Source: Flavobacteriales bacterium (GTDB lineage: Bacteria; Bacteroidota; Bacteroidia; Flavobacteriales_G; JALEGO01). From it: DNA of 64,000 nt. The notes beneath the pieces were generated by a model. The model was not told the origin of the DNA, did no database searches, and saw only the letters and a list, made by a program, of their open reading frames with translations. Positions 55,512-64,000 of the stretch are shown one piece after another. The stretch is from contig JAHDEG010000005.1 of NCBI GenBank assembly GCA_020628935.1, positions 79,817 to 143,816 on the forward strand, written 5' to 3'. The position numbers and the translations under genes were made by a program. Position 1 is the stretch's first letter; each line of letters begins with the position of its first letter.

Positions 55512-56522
55512 ATGATGCAGCGTAAAATTATCTCTACCTGGTTAGCTTTAGGAATTGTAATGATATTTGTTATGGTTGTAATTGGAGGAGTTACGCGCTT
55601 AACACATTCAGGTTTATCTATTGTTGAATGGGATTTATTTTCTGAAGCCCCTTTATTCCCTTCAGATGCAGAGGCTGAAATTTTATTTGATAAGTATAAG
55701 CAATTTCCAGAGTATAAAGAGATTAATACATATTTTACTGTTGACGATTTTATAGACATCCTTTTTTGGGAAAATGTTCATAGAAAGTGGGGGAGGGTTA
55801 TTGGCTTGGTATTTATACTTCCTTATATTACTTTTTTGTTACTTGGTTGGGTTTCAAAAGCCTTAAATAAGCGCTTAATAGTAATACTATTTTTAGGAGC
55901 TTTTCAGGGTTTTTTAGGATGGTTTATGGTTAAAAGTGGATTGATGGATGTACCATCTGTTAGTCATTATCGTTTATCTGCTCATTTAATTACTGCGTTT
56001 GTAACATGTGCATATATTTATTGGGTTTTACTGTGGTTTAGATCAAATGAATCAGTAAACCCAAGAGCTGTGTTTCTCCCAAAATTAAATACTTGGGTCA
56101 ACATCACACTTTGCACGTTGGTATTGCAAATAATCTTCGGAGGATTTGTAGCCGGCTTAAAAGCGGGTAAAGCATATAACACGTTTCCAAAAATGGGTTT
56201 TGATTGGTTTCCTGCAGATATTATTAATGCAGGATTTATTTTTACCACAGTACCAGGTGTTCAATTTGTGCATAGGTATATGGCTTATGTAGTTGTTATC
56301 TTATGCTTTGGAATTGCATTTTATTCAATAAAAAATAAATTAACAAATTATATAAGTACACCAGTTAATCTAATTGTAGGTATTACACTTTTACAATTTA
56401 CATTGGGAGTGTTTACGCTTTTATATTCAGTACCACTAAGCTTAGGACTACTTCATCAGTTAGGAGCATTTATTTTATTACTCGCATTTATAAACTTAAA
56501 ATATAGATTAAAAACTAGTTAG
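55512..56522 (+). CDS. ctaA: Heme A synthase (COX15/CtaA family)
   Basis: 336 aa with 8 TM segments. GGVTRLTHSGLSIVEW and HR..A conserved His-containing motifs in both halves. Confidence 0.8.
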   Translation: MMQRKIISTWLALGIVMIFVMVVIGGVTRLTHSGLSIVEWDLFSEAPLFPSDAEAEILFDKYKQFPEYKEINTYFTVDDFIDILFWENVHRKWGRVIGLVFILPYITFLLLGWVSKALNKRLIVILFLGAFQGFLGWFMVKSGLMDVPSVSHYRLSAHLITAFVTCAYIYWVLLWFRSNESVNPRAVFLPKLNTWVNITLCTLVLQIIFGGFVAGLKAGKAYNTFPKMGFDWFPADIINAGFIFTTVPGVQFVHRYMAYVVVILCFGIAFYSIKNKLTNYISTPVNLIVGITLLQFTLGVFTLLYSVPLSLGLLHQLGAFILLLAFINLKYRLKTS

Positions 56523-57468
56523 GTAATTGATCATTTTTTAAAGTGTCTGAAGGAAGTTCAATATTTAGAGAATCTTTTTTCTGGGGGATATTTGACGGTT
56601 GAATTGAATCATTTGATAAAGAATCAACTTTAGTTTTTAATAAGCTTTTGTCGGAAGTTGTTTTGGAATAAACAATTTCAAAACCATTTTTAGAGTCTGG
56701 TTTGTCATCTTCAATTCCATTTATACTATTGTACTTAGATGCTATTTCTTCATTTTCAGGTAGTACCTTTTTTATTAGTGAGATAATTGTTTTTACAGAG
56801 TCACTCATTTCTTTTTCTTCTAAATAATCTACAAAAAATGAAGTGCCTCTAACCATAGCTTCAACCGAAGCATCATCTATTTCGCTCAAATAGTCTGAAT
56901 TATTTGAAACTCTGATTCTTAAAGTATCTAAAGCTTTTTTTATTAATCTATTTCCAGAGGTGTTTCTGTTTTTTACATCACTGATTCCTTTATACAGTTC
57001 AATAGCAGGGTTGTTATCATCTATTCTGTTAAGAGAGTTTAGTGTTGAGGATGCTGACCTAAAGTTTCCGATACTAGTAAAACTGTTAGCTCTAATTACT
57101 GCTGCCATCTTTAAATCATCAATAAATTCTATGTTTTGATAATAAAGTTCTTTCTTTCTATCTTTCATTTTGTATTTCAAGGCATACTTGAGGGCATCGC
57201 TCAACGGGTCTTTGTATTCAGAATCAAGTTCTTCAGGGTCTGTTTGAGAAACTTTAAAAAAACACATTGATACATACAAATAGGGCTCTGGGTTTCTTCT
57301 GTATTTTTCAGAAAAAGTGTACTTATCTGCTTTGTATAAACAATCTTCAAATTTATCAAGATTGTACATGTCTCTTAGTTTATCGATTGTTCCTCCGTTA
57401 ACTTGAGCTTGAATAGTAAATACTGTAGAACAGAATAATAATAAGATGCTAATGTGAAGTCTTGACAT
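56515..57468 (-). CDS. Hypothetical secreted protein
   Basis: 317 aa with signal peptide MSRLHISILLLFCSTVFTIQAQ. Helical/TPR-like N-half and a Ser/Asp/Lys-rich C-terminal tail. Confidence 0.45.
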   Translation of the reverse strand: MSRLHISILLLFCSTVFTIQAQVNGGTIDKLRDMYNLDKFEDCLYKADKYTFSEKYRRNPEPYLYVSMCFFKVSQTDPEELDSEYKDPLSDALKYALKYKMKDRKKELYYQNIEFIDDLKMAAVIRANSFTSIGNFRSASSTLNSLNRIDDNNPAIELYKGISDVKNRNTSGNRLIKKALDTLRIRVSNNSDYLSEIDDASVEAMVRGTSFFVDYLEEKEMSDSVKTIISLIKKVLPENEEIASKYNSINGIEDDKPDSKNGFEIVYSKTTSDKSLLKTKVDSLSNDSIQPSNIPQKKDSLNIELPSDTLKNDQLPN

Positions 57469-57524
57469 AAAAAATGATTTATGCTAAGATAAAAAAGAAA
57501 AACAACAAGTTGAAAAGAAATTTA

Positions 57525-58475
57525 TTAGAAGGAAGGTACAGATCTTCTACTTTTAATTCTTCTAAAGCCGCGTTGTTTAAATAATTTGTATCCAACTGTT
57601 AGCTGCGCGAACATATAAGAATCTAAATCATCACTATCTCCTCTTTGTTCACCAGGCCTAGTTTGCCAGGTTCCACCAGGTCCAATCATTTCTAAACTTC
57701 TGTCAGCAAAGTATGCTGCTACATCACCTTTTTCTTCTCTGATTACATTTACATCAAAATAATCTCCACTCACATCATCGATGTAATCGCTGTAAGTTTT
57801 TCTAATCCCAACTTCCAATCCTATTCTTAATTTTCTACTCACATAATATTTTAAACCTAATCCAACTGGTAATGCAACTGTTATATTAGAATATTTCTCA
57901 GGTCCGCCTTCTAGTTCTTGACCTTCTGTACTTAAAGGTCTTAAATTATACCATTTTCCATCGGTATATTGCCCTTTAGGAGTAAAATGCGTTAATCCTA
58001 TTCCTCCGAATAAATATAAACCAAGTTTCGATGAGAAAGAACCTTTAGCGCCTCTCAATTTATATTTGGAACCTTTCTTCTCTTCAATTATGTGAAGTTC
58101 CATCAAACCAGCTGCTTCTATTATAGGTGCTTTAAAAGATAGGTTTCTATTGTTTCTAAATGGTTCGTTTGTCAAAGCATCATCACCACTAACAACACCA
58201 TAAGATAAGTTACCTCTTACAGCTAACCATCTCTGTAAATAATATCTGTATCCTGCACTAATAACGTATCTAGTTGCGCTTGGTTCTAAATCTTTTGCGA
58301 AGTTGGTGCCAATTTGATCTTGCCCTCCAAGTTCTCCTAAAAAATTACTTGCACCAATTCCGAAGGTTAATTCTTTTCGTTGTTGTTTCCAATAGCTACC
58401 ACGAAAAATGCTTTGAGCATTAATCATGAATGGCAGTAACAATAAAAGAACGAATGGAAAAGCTTTATTTTTCAC
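57525..58475 (-). CDS. Outer-membrane beta-barrel protein (DUF6089-like)
   Basis: 316 aa with signal peptide. Alternating beta-strand pattern and a C-terminal aromatic residue (SVPSF). Confidence 0.55.
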   Translation of the reverse strand: MKNKAFPFVLLLLLPFMINAQSIFRGSYWKQQRKELTFGIGASNFLGELGGQDQIGTNFAKDLEPSATRYVISAGYRYYLQRWLAVRGNLSYGVVSGDDALTNEPFRNNRNLSFKAPIIEAAGLMELHIIEEKKGSKYKLRGAKGSFSSKLGLYLFGGIGLTHFTPKGQYTDGKWYNLRPLSTEGQELEGGPEKYSNITVALPVGLGLKYYVSRKLRIGLEVGIRKTYSDYIDDVSGDYFDVNVIREEKGDVAAYFADRSLEMIGPGGTWQTRPGEQRGDSDDLDSYMFAQLTVGYKLFKQRGFRRIKSRRSVPSF

Positions 58476-58527
58476 TGGTTTATTTTCCTCAATATTATGA
58501 AAATTTGCTCAGATAAAGAAGATATAT

Positions 58528-59454
58528 CTAAAAATTGTACCTACTTTTTTTAATTATGTAATCGAGTATATCTTTTTTGATATATGTTGCACTATTATCA
58601 AACCACTTTAAGTTTTCATTTTTTTTAAACCATGTTATCTGTCTCTTAGCGTAGTTTCGAGTGTTTTTTTTTATTTTTTCTATGCAGTATTCAAGGTTTT
58701 CTGTCTCTTCTAAAAACGGAAATAATTCTTTATATCCAACTGTTTTAAGGGCTTGGTAGTGTTTAAATTGAATTAGTTTCTTTACTTCATTAAGTAGTCC
58801 TTCTTCTATCATTTTATCAACTCTACTGTTTATTCTTTCATAAAGTTTTTCTCTTTCAGTATTTATACCAATGCTTATAATATTAAAGTTTCGTTTTTTG
58901 GGTTTTCTTTTTCGAAAATCAGTAATTGATTTACCTGTTTGTTCAAAAACTTCGATTGCTCTTATTAATCTTCTCGGGTTTTTAACATCTATGCTTTCAA
59001 AAGCTTTTGGGTCAGTTGTTTCTAGTTTTTTTTGAAGAAAGGTTATTCCTTGCTCGTCAAATTCTTTGTTAATTTTAGCTCTAATATTATATTCGATTTC
59101 TGGTATATCATCTAAACCATTTATTATCGCATTAACAAAAAGACCAGATCCTCCCACTAAAAATAAGAAGTCTTTTTTTTGAAATAGTGTTTCAATTAAT
59201 TGAATAGCTTCTCTTTCAAAATCTCCGACACTGTAGTCCTTAGTAATTGATATGTGGTTTATAAAATGATGCTTGACTCTATTAAGTTCAGTTTGAGATG
59301 GTTTTGCTGTTCCTACAGACATCTCTTTATATAGTTGTCTCGAATCTGCCGATAAAATTTCTGTATTAAAGTGTTCAGCTAGCTCAATTCCTATGTTGGT
59401 TTTACCAATTGCTGTAGGACCAACTATGCATACGAGTGTTTTGTTTTTAATCAA
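58528..59454 (-). CDS. miaA: tRNA dimethylallyltransferase
   Basis: GPTAIGKT P-loop, SADSRQLYKEMSVGTAKP, HHFIN motifs. 308 aa. Confidence 0.9.
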   Translation of the reverse strand: MIKNKTLVCIVGPTAIGKTNIGIELAEHFNTEILSADSRQLYKEMSVGTAKPSQTELNRVKHHFINHISITKDYSVGDFEREAIQLIETLFQKKDFLFLVGGSGLFVNAIINGLDDIPEIEYNIRAKINKEFDEQGITFLQKKLETTDPKAFESIDVKNPRRLIRAIEVFEQTGKSITDFRKRKPKKRNFNIISIGINTEREKLYERINSRVDKMIEEGLLNEVKKLIQFKHYQALKTVGYKELFPFLEETENLEYCIEKIKKNTRNYAKRQITWFKKNENLKWFDNSATYIKKDILDYIIKKSRYNF

Positions 59455-59456
59455 AA

Positions 59457-60017
59457 TTAGTAAATGTCATCTGGTAGTTCTTCAAATTCCGATCCTAGAT
59501 CGTCAGGATCTCCAAAATCGTCTAAAGCATCCATAGAAAATTTTGTTGAAGGTTTGTTTTTAAGCATATGTTTATCGTCACTAACTGATATAGTTACTTC
59601 TTTTGAATATTGATTAGGGGCAGTTCCAAATGAATGCGAAATTATTGGGTAGCTTTTGTTTACATCTACAGGTAATATATCTATTACTTCTACATAGAAA
59701 CACCACATAAGCATGAAGTCAAAAACGTAAACCATTTTTTCTCCTGTTTCACTAATTAACGAGTTAATTAATACATCTTTCATTTCACCTGAAGAACTTC
59801 CATCATCAAAATCCATTTTCATTAATGTAACTTCTTCACCTTTGTCCCAATTATCATTACTCATGAAAAAGGAAGCCATTTCTGAACTATCAAAAGCAAA
59901 AGCTTCTTGTATTTTTTTATGGAGGGATAAAAAGACATCCTCCGATTTAATTTCAATATCCCTAAAAACGGGTTCTTCAATATCAAGTATTACTCTTAAT
60001 TTTAGAATTTCTGCCAT
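59457..60017 (-). CDS. pRiA4b ORF-3-like (PRiA4_ORF3 domain) protein
   Basis: 186 aa. ILKLRVILDIEEPVFRDIEIKSEDVFLSLHKKIQEAFAFDSSEMASFF fits the LKI.L...P.IWR.I.V....TF..LH..IQ.AFGW pattern recalled for this family. Confidence 0.5.
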   Translation of the reverse strand: MAEILKLRVILDIEEPVFRDIEIKSEDVFLSLHKKIQEAFAFDSSEMASFFMSNDNWDKGEEVTLMKMDFDDGSSSGEMKDVLINSLISETGEKMVYVFDFMLMWCFYVEVIDILPVDVNKSYPIISHSFGTAPNQYSKEVTISVSDDKHMLKNKPSTKFSMDALDDFGDPDDLGSEFEELPDDIY

Positions 60018-60110
60018 TTTTTTAATTTTTTTTTCAAAATACTACTTTCCTGCAAAAAGTAATATTAAAGATATGAACTTAATTTCAAGTGTCATATTAG
60101 CGGATTAAAT

Positions 60111-60118
60111 TAACTTTG
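60111..60118 (+). promoter_or_regulatory. Candidate -7 box (TAacTTTG) for the M1 peptidase gene
   Basis: taactttg matches TAnnTTTG, 22 nt upstream of ATG 60141. Confidence 0.4.
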
Positions 60119-60140
60119 GTGTTTTAAAAATGTAGATTTA

Positions 60141-63100
60141 ATGAAACCATTTATATTTTCCTTGATCATTGTTTGTTCGAATTTTGCATCCATGTTCTCT
60201 CAAGATTATTCGGCTAGAGGTCCAGAAAATCAGTATAGATCAGTTAATAACCCTAACTATTGGAAAAATAAATTACCATTTTCAGATTATTGGCAGCAAG
60301 ATGTACATTATTCTATTTCAGCTAATATTGATGAAGCTACAGATATTATTACTGCAACAGAGAAGTTAACCTATTGGAATAACTCCCCTAATAACCTTGA
60401 TTTTGTGTTTTTTCACCTCTATCAACAGGCTTTTCAACCAAATTCATATTATGATAAACTACACAAAAGTAATAGGAAAGGAACATATTTTGGAAGGTAT
60501 GAAAGAGAGGGAAAAGGAACTGAGATTACTTCCTTGAAAATTAATGGGGAGGATGTTAAAGTTGAATATGATAACACCATTTTTAAAGTGTACTTACCAA
60601 CACCTTTAAAGCCAGGAGCTAGTGTAGTATTTGATATTGATTTTAAAACCTATTTTGATCAGGGTTCTATGCGTAGAAGGATGAAAACGTTTCGTTCATC
60701 TGGTTACAAGCATTACGATGGAGTGCATTGGTACCCAAGAATATCGGTTTATGATAGAAAATTCGGCTGGACAACCGATCAGCATTTGGGAAGAGAGTTT
60801 TATGGGGATTTTGGAACCTTTGATGTTGAGTTAACTTTTTCATCAAATTACATTGTTGATGCAACAGGTTACTTAATAAATAAAGAAGAAGTTTTGCCAG
60901 ATACATTGAGAGAAAAAATAGATATATCAAATTTTAAGGATAAGCCATGGGGTGAAAAAGCATCAGAAATCATTGCTTACGATCCTACCAAAAGAAAAAC
61001 TTGGAAATTTCATGCCGAAAATGTGCACGATTTTGCATTTACGGCCGATCCTACATATAGAATCGGAGAAACGTATTGGAATGGTATTCAATGTGTAGCG
61101 CTTGTACAAGAGCCGCACGCTAGTAAATGGCAAAATGCATCAGATTACGTTTCAAAAGTAATAAAAACGTTTTCTGAGGATATTGGTATGTATACCTATA
61201 ATAAAATGATTGCCGCTGACGCAAATGATGGTATGGAATATCCAATGTTAACGTTGGATAGAGGTCAAGACCCCACATTTAGAGGGCTATTTGTTCATGA
61301 AATTGGGCATAATTGGTTTTTCGGACAAGTAGGTACAAACGAGACCTACAGAGCCTTTATGGATGAGGGGTTTACACAATTTTTAACAGCTTGGGGTTTA
61401 GAGAAAATTGATGGAGATACTATACCCTACAATAAGAGTAGTAGTGAATATAAGAATTGGTTCTTTAAGCCAAATTTGGTTCGTGAGCGTAATGCATACT
61501 ATGGTTATTTGAGAGATGCAATGAAGGGTGAGGATGCTTACTTAAATACGCATTCAGATGATTTTGGAGGAGCTATACGCCATGGAGGAGGGTATGGACA
61601 TGTATACTATAAAACGGCTACAATGTTATATAACCTACAGTATGTTTTAGGAGACGAGTTATTTTTAAAAGCTTTACAGAATTATTTTAATACTTGGAAA
61701 ATTGCACATCCTTACCCTGAAGATTTCAGAAATTCAATTATTCAGTTTACTGGGGTGGATTTAAACTGGTTTTTTGATCAGTGGTTTGAGACAAATAAAA
61801 ACATTGACTTTAGCATTGAAAGTACAAAAAAAGGATCAGCAGAAAACCAATACACCATTAATTTTAGTCGGTTAGGTGAAATGCAAATGCCTTTAGATTT
61901 TAGTGTTTATGCTAAGGATGGAAAAGTTTACAATTATCACATACCAAACACTTGGTTTAATAAAGAAACAGATGCCACCATATTAGATAGATGGATAGGT
62001 TGGGGAAAGCTAAATAATACATATGCTGCTAATGTTAATGTTCCATCTGGTATTTATGATGTTAAAATTGATACTACTGGCAGGCTTGCCGATATTAATT
62101 TAATGAATAATAAACTAAAGAATAAAGTCTCTTTAGAGTTTGATCATAAAATTCGCAATCCGATTGATAGAGAGCACTATGAGTTAAGGGTTCGTCCTGA
62201 TTTTTGGTATAACGCTTATGATGGTATTAAGTCTGGAGTTCATTTTAGTGGTGATTATATGAAATATAAGCATAGATTTAACTTAACTGCCTGGCTTAAT
62301 ACAGGTTTACTTCAGCAAGACATATTTTTACCATCAGAAAAAAGTAGCTTTAATCTTTTTTCTTACCGAGCAGATTACACAACACCTGTAAATGCTATTT
62401 TTCATGGCGCAGAAGTTACTATTGCAAGTAAATATTTAGACGGCCTGGTGGCAAATAGACTTGGTATTGCAATACCAAGTAAAAACAAAAAAACTGTATT
62501 TTCAGCGTATTTTAAATCGATGTACAGACCTAATATAACCGATTTAAACTACCTGTGGTATCCCTTAGAGTGGAATCATAATACTTGGAACAATACCTTT
62601 AATGTAAAATTAGATCATTCTTACCAACATTTAAATGGAGTTGGTAAAGTTCAGTTAAGTGCTCGTTTATCTGGATTAGGGAGCCAATATGACTTTTCAA
62701 CCATATCTATTGAATCTATCAATAAAAATGATTTAGGTAATATTAATTTTAATACTAGATTTTTCGCACAATACGGTTTTGGATCCAATTGGGCTCCTGA
62801 GTCTCAATTGTATTTAGCAGGAGGTAATCCTGAGGATATGATGGATAGTAAGTACTTTAGATCGATAGGCTTTTTTGACAATGGGTGGTCTGGTCATGGT
62901 ATTGATGTAAATAACCTTCACTATGGAGGAGGGTTAAACTTAAGAGGGTATAGTGGTTATTTAGCTTCAGAAACATTAGATTCTACTGGGCTTTCTTTAG
63001 TTTATAAAGGAGAATCAGGCGCTTCAGTTAATATGGAGTTAGAATTTCAAGAATTACTTCCGAGAATAAGAAGTTTGTCAAAAGTATTATCCTTCAAAAC

Positions 63101-63347
63101 CTATTTATTTGGTGACATAGGTGTTATAGATGAGAATAATACAATAAACAATAAATTAAAATTAGCTTCTGTACGAATTGATGCAGGTGTGGGTACAGCG
63201 TTAACAATTAAAAAGTTTGGACCATTAGAAACTGTCGAACCACTTATAATTAGAGCTGATTTTCCTTTGTTTTTAAACAGGTTACCAGCGGTACAAAATG
63301 ATTATTTAGATTTTAGGTGGGTGCTTAGCATAGGAAGAGCTTTTTAA
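60141..63347 (+). CDS. M1-family zinc metallopeptidase fused to a C-terminal Omp85-like beta-barrel
   Basis: 1068 aa with signal peptide. GMEYP exopeptidase-like motif and HEIGH-x18-E gluzincin signature (VHEIGHNWFFGQVGTNETYRAFMDE). C-terminal ~390 aa are beta-rich with LYLAGG...GGGLNLRGYSGY (Omp85 loop-6 RGY/F-type motif) and the terminal beta-signal-like ...WVLSIGRAF. Confidence 0.75.
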   Translation: MKPFIFSLIIVCSNFASMFSQDYSARGPENQYRSVNNPNYWKNKLPFSDYWQQDVHYSISANIDEATDIITATEKLTYWNNSPNNLDFVFFHLYQQAFQPNSYYDKLHKSNRKGTYFGRYEREGKGTEITSLKINGEDVKVEYDNTIFKVYLPTPLKPGASVVFDIDFKTYFDQGSMRRRMKTFRSSGYKHYDGVHWYPRISVYDRKFGWTTDQHLGREFYGDFGTFDVELTFSSNYIVDATGYLINKEEVLPDTLREKIDISNFKDKPWGEKASEIIAYDPTKRKTWKFHAENVHDFAFTADPTYRIGETYWNGIQCVALVQEPHASKWQNASDYVSKVIKTFSEDIGMYTYNKMIAADANDGMEYPMLTLDRGQDPTFRGLFVHEIGHNWFFGQVGTNETYRAFMDEGFTQFLTAWGLEKIDGDTIPYNKSSSEYKNWFFKPNLVRERNAYYGYLRDAMKGEDAYLNTHSDDFGGAIRHGGGYGHVYYKTATMLYNLQYVLGDELFLKALQNYFNTWKIAHPYPEDFRNSIIQFTGVDLNWFFDQWFETNKNIDFSIESTKKGSAENQYTINFSRLGEMQMPLDFSVYAKDGKVYNYHIPNTWFNKETDATILDRWIGWGKLNNTYAANVNVPSGIYDVKIDTTGRLADINLMNNKLKNKVSLEFDHKIRNPIDREHYELRVRPDFWYNAYDGIKSGVHFSGDYMKYKHRFNLTAWLNTGLLQQDIFLPSEKSSFNLFSYRADYTTPVNAIFHGAEVTIASKYLDGLVANRLGIAIPSKNKKTVFSAYFKSMYRPNITDLNYLWYPLEWNHNTWNNTFNVKLDHSYQHLNGVGKVQLSARLSGLGSQYDFSTISIESINKNDLGNINFNTRFFAQYGFGSNWAPESQLYLAGGNPEDMMDSKYFRSIGFFDNGWSGHGIDVNNLHYGGGLNLRGYSGYLASETLDSTGLSLVYKGESGASVNMELEFQELLPRIRSLSKVLSFKTYLFGDIGVIDENNTINNKLKLASVRIDAGVGTALTIKKFGPLETVEPLIIRADFPLFLNRLPAVQNDYLDFRWVLSIGRAF

Positions 63348-63992
63348 CTAAAACCCAAAATTCATAGCAAGACCGAATAAAATCTGCTGTTTGTTTTTTA
63401 GGTTTCTATTAGCTGTCACTTCTAGTTTTCCAGGTTCGTAAACCATTCTGTTTAGCTGATAACCAATGTACGGCCCAACCCCAAAGGTTTCTTCAATAAG
63501 AATAGTCCAGTTTGCAGAGATTCCATAATTGGCACCATTATCTTTATAAGAGTTAAGTACTTTATCTGAAATCACTTCAACTCTCTTAAACTCACTGTGT
63601 GTGTATCCCACATTAATATAAACTGATAAGGTACTTTTATTGTCATATTTTTTTTGAAAACCGAGCAAAGCTCCATACGAGTAGCTGATATTTTTTAATA
63701 ACTGCCTTTTAGTACTTATTTGCGCGCTGTCGCTGTTGCTGCTATCAAAAGAATACATATCACCATATGCCCCTATAATTATATTTTTAAATATGTTTCT
63801 CGTATATGCAGTTTTAACGTTAATTAGTCCGTTATACTGTTTTCTAAACGCATCATTAGCAAGTGTTCCTGGGAAGCCTAATTCTAAATTAAAGCTGTTT
63901 TTAGGGTTGTTAATAAGACTATTTTCTTGGCTGTGTAATGCGTTTACAACAAGAAATGTAAGTATAAGAAATATATATTTTAACAAACTCAT
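63348..63992 (-). CDS. Outer-membrane beta-barrel protein (porin-family-like)
   Basis: 214 aa with signal peptide MSLLKYIFLILTFLVVNALHSQ. Alternating strands and a terminal LAMNFGF. Confidence 0.55.
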   Translation of the reverse strand: MSLLKYIFLILTFLVVNALHSQENSLINNPKNSFNLELGFPGTLANDAFRKQYNGLINVKTAYTRNIFKNIIIGAYGDMYSFDSSNSDSAQISTKRQLLKNISYSYGALLGFQKKYDNKSTLSVYINVGYTHSEFKRVEVISDKVLNSYKDNGANYGISANWTILIEETFGVGPYIGYQLNRMVYEPGKLEVTANRNLKNKQQILFGLAMNFGF

Positions 63993-64000
63993 TGTCTCAA

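Overview
AT-rich chromosomal segment that looks like a Bacteroidota genome, most likely Flavobacteriia. The evidence is T9SS type A and type B sorting domains, SprB repeats, a Bat/MoxR aerotolerance operon, bshB1, and TAnnTTTG -7 boxes. Genes are tightly packed, with several convergent or overlapping ends.

Left to right:
- 1-12.8 kb: three T9SS cargo genes. These are a giant SprB-repeat adhesin that is missing from the ORF track because it runs off the window, an esterase, and a LamG/PKD protein. A DUF4301-like gene and a MATE pump lie among them.
- 12.9-23.9 kb: a glycan-biosynthesis locus with glycosyltransferases, an epimerase, an acetyltransferase, three methyltransferases, an AsnB-type amidotransferase and a fused ABC exporter.
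- 24.1-25.1 kb: ybaB and queE.
- 25.2-29.7 kb: two noncoding modular repeat arrays bracketing tsaE, an OMP gene, an S8 peptidase gene and a small ORF.
- 29.9-42 kb: housekeeping and envelope genes (ltaE, yqgE, miaE, pdxH, GT2, dgkA, mpl, tamB, bshB1).
- 42.1-44.1 kb: ccmBC, a ccmD-like gene, and ccmE.
- 44.1-45.3 kb: small lipoprotein genes.
- 45.6-46.7 kb: ilvE.
- 46.8-55 kb: the 8-gene MoxR-DUF58-BatA-E operon.
- 55-64 kb: a MazG-like gene, ctaA, OMP genes, miaA, and an M1 peptidase fused to an Omp85-like barrel.

I found no rRNA, tRNA, CRISPR array, transposase, integrase or recognisable defence genes.

Most unusual observations:
1. A family of about 42-nt hairpin motifs with compensatory substitutions bounds conserved noncoding modules in two directly repeated arrays.
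2. An M1 peptidase is fused to an Omp85-type barrel.
3. The TamB ORF has an N-terminal 187 codons with no ATG/GTG/TTG, and it abuts the bshB1 stop in frame.
4. A G9 tract lies upstream of the giant adhesin.
5. CcmE carries a CxxxY motif.

All functional calls come from motif reading by eye. No database search was run.
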